NCBI GenBank assembly: GCA_046263155.1
Contig: JBHELF010000160.1
Span: forward strand, 2,814 to 66,813
Direction: 5' to 3'
From: Actinomycetota bacterium
GTDB taxonomy: Bacteria; Actinomycetota; CADDZG01; WHSQ01
DNA: 64,000 bases
The translations under genes were made by a program, and so were the position numbers. Each line of letters starts with the position of its first letter. The first letter of the stretch is position 1. The notes below the pieces were generated by a model. It was given only the letters and a program-made list of their open reading frames with translations, searched no databases and had not been told where the DNA came from. Shown here piece by piece: positions 36,390-45,500 of this stretch.

Positions 36390-37510
36390 GGGGCAACATC
36401 AGGCGCCGATCCAAGGATTCGTGGACGATCCAGGTCTACGCCGGTAAGGACCCGGAAACCGGTCGGAAGCGCTATGTGTCGAGGAGCATCGGAGGCTCCA
36501 AGAAAGACGCTGAGGCAGCTCTCGCGAAGCTCATACGGGCCCAGGAGACCGGCCTCGACCTGTCGGCGGCACGACTCACGGTTTCAGCTTTCCTCGATCG
36601 ATGGCTGGAGGTGTGGAAGGACAGGGTGAAGCCTCGAACGCACTTCCGCTACGCCGAACTAATCCGATTGCACGTGAAACCGGGGCTGGGTCCGACGTCA
36701 TTGACGAAGTTACGTCCGCTGCAGCTTGAGGAGCTCTACGGACGGCTACGGAAGCAAGGCCTGGGGGGAACAACCATCTTGCAAATCCACCGCATACTTC
36801 ACGCCGCCTTCAACCAGGGAATGAAGTGGCAGCTGCTGGAGCGGAATCCGACGGATGCGGTCAAGGCCCCTCGCAAGTCTTCGCTGGAAGCAGCCGCACT
36901 AACGATCGAGCAGATCCCGACGCTTCTCGAGGCGGTTCGCGGGTCGCCCTTGGAATTGCCGACGCTGATCGCGGTCGGGACTGGAATGCGTCTTGGTGAG
37001 GTACTTGGGCTGCGGTGGCAGGACGTCGACCTCGACAGAGCGATCGTTCGCATCCGCCAAACGCTTCAGATCACGATGCAATTCGATACGCCGAAATCGC
37101 ACCGATCAACGCGCGCGCTGTCTCTGCCTGCCTTCCTCGTCGAAGGTCTGCGCACACACAAGAAGACTCAGAACGAGCGGCGCCTGATGCTTGGTGAGGC
37201 GTGGCACGACCTGGACCTGGTCTGCGATCGGGGAGACGGGCAACCTCTCCGTCCGGACACAATCTCAAAGCAGTTTCGAACAGCCACCAAGGCCGTTGGC
37301 CTCGACATCACTTTCCACGGACTTCGGCACACGCATGCCTCGCTCATGTTGGCGGCTGGCACAGACATGAAAGTGACGTCCGCTCGACTCGGTCATTCGA
37401 GCATCAGCATTACCGCTGATCTCTATACGCACGTTGCTCCTAGCCTCGACAGGGCAGCAAGTCAGGACTTCGAAGCTCATCTCAAGCCTTTTCTGGGGGA
37501 TGCCCGATGA
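36386..37510 (+). CDS. int: tyrosine recombinase / phage-type integrase
   Basis: N-terminal SAM-like domain, then GMRLGEVLGLRW, HGLRHTHASLMLAAG and LGHSSISITADLYTHV (R..HxxR..Y). Confidence 0.95.
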   Translation: MRGNIRRRSKDSWTIQVYAGKDPETGRKRYVSRSIGGSKKDAEAALAKLIRAQETGLDLSAARLTVSAFLDRWLEVWKDRVKPRTHFRYAELIRLHVKPGLGPTSLTKLRPLQLEELYGRLRKQGLGGTTILQIHRILHAAFNQGMKWQLLERNPTDAVKAPRKSSLEAAALTIEQIPTLLEAVRGSPLELPTLIAVGTGMRLGEVLGLRWQDVDLDRAIVRIRQTLQITMQFDTPKSHRSTRALSLPAFLVEGLRTHKKTQNERRLMLGEAWHDLDLVCDRGDGQPLRPDTISKQFRTATKAVGLDITFHGLRHTHASLMLAAGTDMKVTSARLGHSSISITADLYTHVAPSLDRAASQDFEAHLKPFLGDAR

Positions 37511-37968
37511 ACGGCTCCATCAGCCGCAAGATGCTTTCTCTGGATTTGATTCGCGAGGAGGTTCTTTCGGAGAGAGATCTTCAACTTAGGCACTTCGATG
37601 GGCTGGATGCGAAGGCCGGCGTGCTTCTTGGCTTCGCGGGATTGCTCGCTGCTCTGGCTCCCATCCAGGAATCAGTCCTGATCGAGTTGGCAAGGGCTGC
37701 GGCGGTTATCGCAGCGGGGGCCGCGTTCAGTGCCTTTTGGCCACGTGATTATCCGGTAACTGATGTTCGAGGCCTGCGGCAGCACTATCTCTACGCTCAG
37801 GAAGAGTTCACAAAACGCCGCTTGATGGATACGCAGATCATCATGATTGAACAAGCCCGCGATCTGATGAACAGGAAGGCGACGCGGCTCAAGATCGCCA
37901 CGGCGAGTCTGGCGGTCGGGGTTCTTTTAGCAGCAGCAGGCTTCGCAGTACGCTATTTGACGTCCTAG
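37507..37968 (+). CDS. three-TM membrane protein (resembles DUF5706/Pycsar-TM or SLATT-type effector domains)
   Basis: ATGA overlap with the int stop. HFDGLDAKAGVLLGFAGLLAALAPI, LARAAAVIAAGAAFSAFW, and C-terminal IATASLAVGVLLAAAGFAV. The family resemblance is from memory only. Confidence 0.65.
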   Translation: MNGSISRKMLSLDLIREEVLSERDLQLRHFDGLDAKAGVLLGFAGLLAALAPIQESVLIELARAAAVIAAGAAFSAFWPRDYPVTDVRGLRQHYLYAQEEFTKRRLMDTQIIMIEQARDLMNRKATRLKIATASLAVGVLLAAAGFAVRYLTS

Positions 37969-37976
37969 GAGGTTCA

Positions 37977-38144
37977 ATGGCAGACGAAAAGCCACCCCAA
38001 GAGACTCCTCCACCGTCGGGGTCCGAAACTGAGGCTCCACCCCTTGACCCGGATCCCCGGTTGATTACTTATCTCGAGCGGGGCCGCAAGCCGGGCGAGC
38101 CGACGGCTCGCATCGAGGAGAAGAGCGACGACGACGGTCGATAA
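37977..38144 (+). CDS. 55-aa acidic/Pro-rich micro-protein (below the ORF-track cutoff)
   Basis: TAGGAGGTTCA-ATG (AGGAGG at 37967-37972). MADEKPPQETPPPSGSETEAPPLDPDPRLITYLERGRKPGEPTARIEEKSDDDGR. Confidence 0.5.
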   Translation: MADEKPPQETPPPSGSETEAPPLDPDPRLITYLERGRKPGEPTARIEEKSDDDGR

Positions 38145-38232
38145 TCCGGATTCGTCGAATTCTCTCTATGTACATCTGGCTGCGGACGGAGGCATCTTTC
38201 TGATCCGCGGTGACACTGGCCAGGATGCATGG

Positions 38233-38808
38233 GTGACCCAGAACCATTTGGTTGAGGAACTCGAAAGGGTCAAGGCCCTGGGTGGTTTAGTTCTCTATAG
38301 CAGGGACAATCCTGATCAAGATCCACCCAAGATCGTCTTCGAAACATTCCAACGCATCGTCGACGCAGAGCTGCCTATGAAGCTCCTCGACGAACCACAT
38401 CCCGCGGTGGCCTCAGGTTTCAAGGACAACGCAACATCTTTGATGATGGCCAGCCACGCGGGCGTCGTGGAACTCGTTAAGGATCTCATTCGAAGAGGTG
38501 CAGAGATCGAGGCGCGAGACGCAGACGGGTACACCGCGCTCATGTACGCAGCCAACATGGGAAGGGATGAAGTCGTTGATTTGCTGTTGCAAGCGGGTGC
38601 CGACGTCAATGCGATGGATAACCACCAATCCACCCCAGTGATGTTCGCGGCGCAGCATGACCATGTTTCTGCCGTCAAGAGGTTGATCGACGCACGAGCG
38701 GATCTAAGCATTAGAGGTGATCACGGCCTAACAGCTCTCGGCTTCGCCAAACAGAATGGTCATAGGAAGACACGACGCATTCTGGAGAGAGCCGGGGCTA
38801 CACCGTAG
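38233..38808 (+). CDS. ankyrin-repeat protein
   Basis: TSLMMASHAGVVELVKDLIRRGAEIEARDADGYTALMYAANMGRDEVVDLLLQAGADVNAMDNHQSTPVMFAAQHDHVSAVKRLIDARADL...GLTALGFA, about 4 ANK repeats. Confidence 0.85.
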   Translation: MTQNHLVEELERVKALGGLVLYSRDNPDQDPPKIVFETFQRIVDAELPMKLLDEPHPAVASGFKDNATSLMMASHAGVVELVKDLIRRGAEIEARDADGYTALMYAANMGRDEVVDLLLQAGADVNAMDNHQSTPVMFAAQHDHVSAVKRLIDARADLSIRGDHGLTALGFAKQNGHRKTRRILERAGATP

Positions 38809-38819
38809 GAATGTGAGTC

Positions 38820-39632
38820 GTGAAAACACTCTTAGCAATCGTGGCATTCTGCGCGGCGGCCACAGCCGTTTTGGGATTCCTGGGGTATCTCCCGAAAATC
38901 TTTGATGCGGTTAAGGGCCTCTATTTTCGGACTCCATTAGGCATCAAGCGTCGCTTCTACAAGCGCCTCCGCCGACTATCGCCAGATGTTCAGCTTGATT
39001 ACTTCTCCGACACGTTGGGACTAACGCCATTCTTTCGCAACACCCGAGGGGAGTTCAGTGAGCACGTTTACGTGCACAAGCTCTTCTATTTGCAGGCCCT
39101 TGTCGATGAACAAGGCACCGTTGTTTCGTACGGCGTTACGACGCGGTCGAGCGATTTCACGCCAGCAATATGGCCGCACAACCTTCACCCTGAGACCGTC
39201 CCGATGATACCGAATCTCCAGCTCGGAAGGTTTTCCTTCTCGGAGGTTCATCTCGACCCTGAAGAGATCAATGGTTGGGTGGGCGCACGACGATTCGGTT
39301 ATTCGGAATCGTTTTACACAGGCAATCCGGGCTTATACCGGCACTACATCCTCGGAATCAACGATGCCGGCTCAACTAATCTGGACTGGATTCGTGATCT
39401 AGATCGCTTGATACCTCCGAAAAGCGGGCCTCTGCTTAAAGTGGATCGAAAGACCGACTGGGACGACGTCACGCGCTTCCTAGAGCGGGATGACGTCGAT
39501 GCCTTTCGTAAGGCCGCCAGGCCCAACACCTACGGCGTCACGAAGGCCCACTTTTCTTGGTCGGGAACAGACGGATCTTCGATTCCTCCGACTGGGCCAG
39601 ATGCAGATCAGGTTCGGACTCTCAACGAATGA
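38820..39632 (+). CDS. N-terminally membrane-anchored protein, unknown function
   Basis: MKTLLAIVAFCAAATAVLGFLGYL TM. Clearly lower GC than the core genes. No motif recognised. Confidence 0.65.
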   Translation: MKTLLAIVAFCAAATAVLGFLGYLPKIFDAVKGLYFRTPLGIKRRFYKRLRRLSPDVQLDYFSDTLGLTPFFRNTRGEFSEHVYVHKLFYLQALVDEQGTVVSYGVTTRSSDFTPAIWPHNLHPETVPMIPNLQLGRFSFSEVHLDPEEINGWVGARRFGYSESFYTGNPGLYRHYILGINDAGSTNLDWIRDLDRLIPPKSGPLLKVDRKTDWDDVTRFLERDDVDAFRKAARPNTYGVTKAHFSWSGTDGSSIPPTGPDADQVRTLNE

Positions 39633-39645
39633 GATTGTTGATTGA

Positions 39646-39666
39646 GGAATGGCAATGGAATGGCAA
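39646..39666 (+). repeat. two GGAATGGCAA units at 11-bp spacing (candidate integrase arm-type sites)
   Basis: Units at 39646-39655 and 39657-39666, 49 bp from the tRNA-proximal att core. Confidence 0.55.
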
Positions 39667-39714
39667 AGCTCGGCCAAACGCGTGATGGCGCCTTGCAAAC
39701 TGGCAGGTGAAAAC

Positions 39715-39761
39715 GTGGGTGGCCAGGGAATCGAACCCTGAACCTACGGATTAAGAGTCCG
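39715..39761 (-). repeat. 47-bp att core overlapping the 3' part of tRNA-Lys
   Basis: Identical to 35047-35093. Covers the anticodon stem-loop, variable loop, T-arm and 3' acceptor strand. Confidence 0.9.
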
Positions 39762-39789
39762 TTGCTCTGCCTAATTGAGCTAGCCACCC
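39716..39789 (-). tRNA. tRNA-Lys(CUU): tRNA-Lys, anticodon CUU
   Basis: Reverse complement: GGGTGGC-TA-GCTC-AATTAGGCA-GAGC-A-ACGGA-CTCTTAA-TCCGT-AGGTT-CAGGG-TTCGATT-CCCTG-GCCACCC-A. Confidence 0.95.
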
Positions 39790-39862
39790 GGTCGAGCGCA
39801 GTCTAATAGGGCGGTTTCAGGCGCCCGAGCGTTCATTGAGACGTAACGTCGATATGCGCGTT

Positions 39863-40372
39863 TTACATCCCAATGAATGGCGAGTCGGGTTCCTGTGGGA
39901 TCGGAATACCGGCTCCGGCGGTGTACTTGAACTCGGCATCATGGCCCGTGTACATGCAGACGATGGCCTTCGTCATCTTCTCAGGAACCTCGCCCGCTTC
40001 GCCCCCCGGGGCCCGCGTCTCATAGACGACCGTCTCCGGCGCGGCCGCGGGATAGGGCTGGCCCAACTCCGTATAGAAGCTCATATCCAGATCTGCCTGA
40101 AGCGCTGCCGAGGTGGGCTCGACACGGAAACCCTTGCCCCAAGTCCTTCGATCAACGTCGAAGACGTAACCGAATACGCCATTGAATTGATCGCCGGTCA
40201 GGATCGTGAGGTTGCGAGTGATTCCCGGAAAGCAGCTCTGGGGTTGCGGGGGAGCAGGAGCCATGAAGGTGATGGCCCCCTCGACTACTTGCCTCTTTCC
40301 GCGCGGCTGACCCACGACCGGAGTGGCCAACAGAAGAATCGAGCAGGCGAGTGCAACGGAATACCGGAACAT
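39863..40372 (-). CDS. secreted protein, unknown function
   Basis: ATG 40372 after GAGAGG. MFRYSVALACSILLLATPVVG signal peptide. Confidence 0.65.
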   Translation of the reverse strand: MFRYSVALACSILLLATPVVGQPRGKRQVVEGAITFMAPAPPQPQSCFPGITRNLTILTGDQFNGVFGYVFDVDRRTWGKGFRVEPTSAALQADLDMSFYTELGQPYPAAAPETVVYETRAPGGEAGEVPEKMTKAIVCMYTGHDAEFKYTAGAGIPIPQEPDSPFIGM

Positions 40373-40460
40373 GACCTCTCGATTCGGCACCCTTTCGTGG
40401 ATCCCTCACGCTTTCTCCCAGAAGACTGTGAGCGAATCCAAGGGATCGGCAAAGGCAGAG

Positions 40461-40536
40461 GGCGACCGACCGGATTCGAACCGGCGACATCCTGGACCAC
40501 AACCAGGCGCTCTAACCATGCTGAGCTACGGCCGCC
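40461..40536 (-). tRNA. tRNA-His(GUG): tRNA-His, anticodon GUG, with encoded G-1
   Basis: Reverse complement: G-GCGGCCG-TA-GCTC-AGCATGGTTA-GAGC-G-CCTGG-TTGTGGT-CCAGG-...-TTCGAAT-...-CGGTCGC-C. Confidence 0.9.
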
Positions 40537-40579
40537 ACGACTACGAAAAACAGCGTAGCAGGGCCCCAAATCATTCCCA

Positions 40580-41770
40580 CTACGCGGCCCCCGCCTTTAC
40601 GGCGGCGCCGGATCCCACTCGCGCCCGGACTTGCAAGAGCGTGAATCCGGCGAAGGCGACGACGGCCGCGGCGGCGAAGGCCCCCCGATAGCCGAGCGCG
40701 CCGGCGACCGCGCCGGCACTGAGCGCTCCGATTCCAAACGAGAGATCGAAGAAGGCAGTGAATGTGCTGACCACCGAGGCGCGCTCCGACACCGGCGCCG
40801 ACCTCACGGCCAAGGTCATGAGGGCGGGAAAGAGAAGGGAGTGGCCCAGCGAAAAGAGGACCGTTCCTACGTAGAGGCCGGCGGAGGAGTGCCACAGCGC
40901 GATCACGGCGAAGCCACTCGAGGCCAGGGCCAGAGCGGCGCGCGAACTTCGGCTCGGACCGAGCACGTCCGGGATGCGCGCCCCGAAAGCTCGTACGAGC
41001 ATCACGATCACCGAGTGCAAGGCAAAGATGAATCTCGATCCCGATAGGCCCAAGGTCAGGGCATAGAGCGGAACGAAACTCGCGAAGCTCGCCAGGCCCC
41101 AGATATTCGTTGAGAGGATCAGCCCAGGGAAAAGCCCTCCGCGGTGAACGAGATGTCGCCGACCAGTTTCTTCGACATCCGGTCGCGTCTCCGGCACCCA
41201 CAGCCCTACGAGTGCCGCGACCAGCGCGCTGACGGCTGCGATCACCCAGGCGGCATCAAAGCCGAGCGACAGGGAGCTCTCGCCCAACAGAGGTCCCAAA
41301 GCCAAGCCCATGAAGAGCGCGAGAGAGAAGTAACTGAAGGCCTCGCCGCGGCGCTCGTCGGGAGCGAGGTCGTTGATGGTGCTTGCCGCTCCCACGTAGA
41401 AGGCTGCTTCCCCTGCGCCGCTCAATACCCGAAGGATGATGAGGGGAGCAATCGAGTCGGCGACGAGATACCCGGCGATCGAGGCCGACACGATCGAGGC
41501 CCCCGACACGACGAGGACCTTGCGGCCTCGACGGTCGCCGATCAGGCCGATCAGTGGTCGCAACAAAACCGCGGCCAGCGCAAACGACCCAATAACGATT
41601 CCCACAGCCAGGTCGCTGCCTCCCAGTGGGCCCCCGACGTAGCGCGGCAACGTCGGCAGCAATGCGCCGACGGAGAGGAAGTAAGCGAAGGTCGAGAGCA
41701 TGACCAACAGGAAGACCGAGCTGATTAGCTGGGGCCGCGCGTCATCCCCAGGAGATGTTGCCGGAACCAT
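40580..41770 (-). CDS. MFS transporter
   Basis: 12 predicted TM helices with GLIGDRRGRK between TM2 and TM3. Confidence 0.85.
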   Translation of the reverse strand: MVPATSPGDDARPQLISSVFLLVMLSTFAYFLSVGALLPTLPRYVGGPLGGSDLAVGIVIGSFALAAVLLRPLIGLIGDRRGRKVLVVSGASIVSASIAGYLVADSIAPLIILRVLSGAGEAAFYVGAASTINDLAPDERRGEAFSYFSLALFMGLALGPLLGESSLSLGFDAAWVIAAVSALVAALVGLWVPETRPDVEETGRRHLVHRGGLFPGLILSTNIWGLASFASFVPLYALTLGLSGSRFIFALHSVIVMLVRAFGARIPDVLGPSRSSRAALALASSGFAVIALWHSSAGLYVGTVLFSLGHSLLFPALMTLAVRSAPVSERASVVSTFTAFFDLSFGIGALSAGAVAGALGYRGAFAAAAVVAFAGFTLLQVRARVGSGAAVKAGAA

Positions 41771-41830
41771 TCGGCCTCCGAATGCGATCTGCGGGGCGCC
41801 TACCCTAGTGGGCGCGCACCGGACGTTCGG

Positions 41831-42460
41831 TTAGGCCTTGCGGCCCACAATCGCCAAGAGCTCCGTCTGACGGTCGGCGTCCGCGGGGGTCGTCTGTCGA
41901 TCGCCGTACAGGCCACTCGCCCGTATAGCCGCCTCGCGCTCGCGCACATAGTCGTAACAAGCGTTGATGAGCTCCGGCTCCATCTTCTCGTCGGCCCCAA
42001 TCGCCCTCGCTAGGTCCCAGCCGTGGATCAGATGGTCCATGAAGAGTTCCCAGAAGTACTCCTCGGCCCTCGTCTCGCCGCGCGACAGATGCACGGTCTT
42101 ATCGATGGCGCCCTCTATTTGTAGGGCGTCCGTGGTGTGCCTATGCGCTTCGCGCCAAGCGGCCTTGGGATCGTTTCCGAGGATGTCGCCGTCGTAACGG
42201 TCACCGACCTGATCCGCCGTTTCGCCCTTGAGCAGCGGCGGAATCCACAGGTTCTCATAGACCATGTGCCGGACCAGTTCCTTTACATCCCAATCGGTAC
42301 ACGGGGTTGCGTCTTCCCACTGGTCGTCTTTGATCTGCTCGACCTTCTGGTCGAAGAAGGTCGAGGCCCGTCGCAACAGATCCAGAACGTCTCTCACCGG
42401 CCCTCCCGGCGTCACAGTTGGAGGCGGGTCATCGAGCCACCTCCGCTTTTGGATGTCCAA
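41831..42460 (-). CDS. TIGR03086-type DinB/MDMPI-like metal-binding protein
   Basis: PTPCTDWDVKELVRHM...DHLIHGWDLARAIG pattern of actinobacterial mycothiol-type DinB_2 proteins. Confidence 0.75.
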   Translation of the reverse strand: MDIQKRRWLDDPPPTVTPGGPVRDVLDLLRRASTFFDQKVEQIKDDQWEDATPCTDWDVKELVRHMVYENLWIPPLLKGETADQVGDRYDGDILGNDPKAAWREAHRHTTDALQIEGAIDKTVHLSRGETRAEEYFWELFMDHLIHGWDLARAIGADEKMEPELINACYDYVREREAAIRASGLYGDRQTTPADADRQTELLAIVGRKA

Positions 42461-42579
42461 TCAAGGCTGGTCCTAACGCCGCCCCAGGTTGCCGTCAACC
42501 GCTCTGCCGCTGCGGGCCGAAGGCACGGCCTTGGCGGGCGCACTAACCTGGTGTCGGCACTTTCGTCGACAGGAGGGCC

Positions 42580-45500
42580 GTGGACAAAGAGGACATCGAG
42601 CGCGAGGCATTCGGGCCTAACGTCTGGCTGGTCGACGAGATGTACCGCCGCTACCAGGAAAATCCCCAGGCGGTCGGGGAGCAGTGGCGAGAGTTCTTTG
42701 CCGATTACAAGCCCGGCATGGATGCCGCTCACAAAACGAAGGCGAGCGGTGAGTCCGAGGCCTCCACGGCCGTCGAGCCCCCGGCCGAGCCGGAGGAGGC
42801 CAAGCCCCTGGCGGAGGTCAGGCCGCTTCGCCCGGAGCAGGCCCAGCCGGCTCCGCCCGAGACGGTCGAGGACGCGACTCCTTTGCGAGGCGTCGCCGCC
42901 CGGATCGCCGAGAACATGGAGGCGTCGCTCGGCGTTCCGACAGCGACCTCAGTGCGCCACGTTCCGGCGAAATTGCTGGAAGAGAACCGACGCATCATCA
43001 ATCGCTATCTCGAGGGTACGCGCGGTGGCGGCAAGGTTTCCTTTACACACTTGATCGGGTACGCGCTTCTGAAGGCCCTCGAGATGCGTCCGGGGATGAA
43101 GGTCAGCTATACCGAGATCGACGGGAAACCCCACGCGGTCCATCACAAACACGTCAACTTCGGTCTCGCCATCGACATCGAGCGTTCAGACGGAACGCGA
43201 ACGCTGCTCGTGCCGAACATCAAGCTGGCCGACGAGCTCGACTTCGCCGACTTCTGGGCCGCCTACGAGGATCTGATACGACGTGTACGCGCCAATGACT
43301 TGTCGCCGGAGGATTTCGCCGGCACCACGGTGACACTGACTAATCCCGGAACGGTGGGGACGCGTATGTCGGTGCCGCGGCTGATGCCCAACCAGGGGCT
43401 GATAGTGGGCACAGGCGCCATCGATTACCCGCCCGAGTACGAGGCCTCGGACCCCCGCGCACTCGCGCGGCTGGGCGTGAGCAAGGTCCTGACCATCACC
43501 AGCACTTACGACCACCGTGTCATTCAGGGAGCCGAATCGGGGCAGTTCCTGGCCCAGGTGCATCAGCTGGTACTGGGCAGCGAGCGTTTTTACGACGAAG
43601 TCTTCGCTTCGCTCGGCATCCCTTACGCGCCGGTCAGGTGGAGCCGAGACATCGCGCTGATGGACGATCTGGACACCGCTCTTGATAAGCAATCGATGGT
43701 CGGCCGTCTTACCGCGATGTACCGGGTACGCGGCCATCTCCTCGCCGAGCTGAATCCCATCGGTTGGGAGCTGCTCTATCACCCGGAACTAGACCTGGCT
43801 CACTACGGCCTCAGCGTTTGGGATCTCGATCGGGAGTTTTTGACCGACGGCCTGCCCGGCCCCCGCAAGATGCAGCTCCGGGAGATAGTCGAGATTCTGC
43901 GCGATGCCTACTGCCGCCATATCGGGATCGAGTTCATGCACATCTCCGATCCCGACCAAAAGCTGTGGGTGCAAGAGCGGGTAGAGGCGCCCGACGCCGA
44001 TGAGCTCGCGCCCGAGGACAAAAAGCATTTGCTGGACCGACTGAACGCCGCGGAGTCCTTCGAGACATTCCTGCACTCCAAATATTTGGGACACAAGCGT
44101 TTCTCGCTCGAGGGGGCCGAGAGCCTCATCCCGATGTTGGACGAACTTCTGACTCAAGCCGCTGCGGCGGGAATGGTTGAGGCCGTTCTGGGAATGGCAC
44201 ATCGCGGGCGCCTGAACGTTCTCGCCAACATCGTTGGAAAGCCGCTCCGCGAGATCTTCCGGGAGTTCGAGGGCGACATCGATCCCAACTCCGTTCAGGG
44301 ATCGGGAGACGTGAAGTACCACCTCGGAATGACCGGCAGCTTCACGTCGCGTTTCGGCGACGAGCTCGGCGTCGTCCTGGCATCCAACCCCTCACATCTC
44401 GAGGCTGTGGATGCGGTGGTGGAGGGCATGACGCGCGCGAAGCAGGATTTGTTGGGCGGGGGCGCGGACGAGAAGCTCCTGCCCGTGCTGCTCCATGGAG
44501 ACGCCGCATTCGCGGGACAGGGAGTGGTAGCCGAGACGTTCAACATGTCCACGCTTCCCGGCTACCGGGTAGGGGGGACGGTTCACATAGTCGTGAACAA
44601 CCTGATTGGTTTCACGACCGCGCCGACGGCCGGCCGCTCCAGTACCTACGCGACCGATATCGCAAAGATCGTGCAGGCCCCCATCTTTCACGTCAACGGC
44701 GACGATCCGGAGGCTTGCCTGCGCGTCATGCGCCTCGCCTTTGCCTACCGCCAGAAGTTCAAGAAGGATGTCGTGATCGACCTCGTTTGTTACCGGCGCT
44801 ATGGCCATAACGAGGCCGACGAGCCGGCGTTCACCCAACCGTTGATGTACGCACGCATCGAGGAGCGGAGATCGGTGCGCAAGCTCTACACGGAGTTGTT
44901 GCTGAACCGCGGCGAGCTCACCGTCGAGGAGGCCGAGCGCGCTCTCGAGGATTTCAAGGCGAAGTTGCAACAAGCCTTCGACGAGACCAGGAAGGAGGAG
45001 CGCCCTCCGGATCTCCGCGCCGCGCGACCGCCGGAGCCGATAGGTGTCCTACCGCCCGTCGAGACTGGAGTGACCCGTGAGCGTCTGGATACCGTGCACC
45101 GGGCCATCACATCTTGGCCCCCGACCTTCGAGCCCCATCCGAAGCTTGCAAAGATGCTCGAGAAGAGGCGCGATCTTCTCGACCGCAACGCGATCGACTG
45201 GGCGGCGGCCGAGGCTCTGGCCTTCGGATCGTTGCTGATCGAAGGAACCACCGTGAGGCTTTCCGGCCAGGACTCGCGACGCGGGACCTTCAGCCAGAGA
45301 CATTCCGTGCTGGTCGATCACCGCACCGGCGAGGAATACGTGCCGCTCAACCATTTGCAGCCGGCCCAGGCCCCATTCCGCGCCTTCGACAGCCTGTTGT
45401 CTGAGTACGCGGCGATGGCGTTTGAGTACGGCTATTCGGTGGCCAACGGGGATGCGCTCGTTTGTTGGGAGGCCCAATTCGGCGACTTCATGAACGGCGC

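Larger units (their letters stand above)
35047..39761. mobile_element. about 4.7-kb integrative element in tRNA-Lys(CTT) with xis and int
   Basis: Perfect 47-bp direct repeats at both ends, a tyrosine recombinase and an excisionase-type HTH gene inside, and repeated GGAATGGCAA motifs near both ends. Confidence 0.8.
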
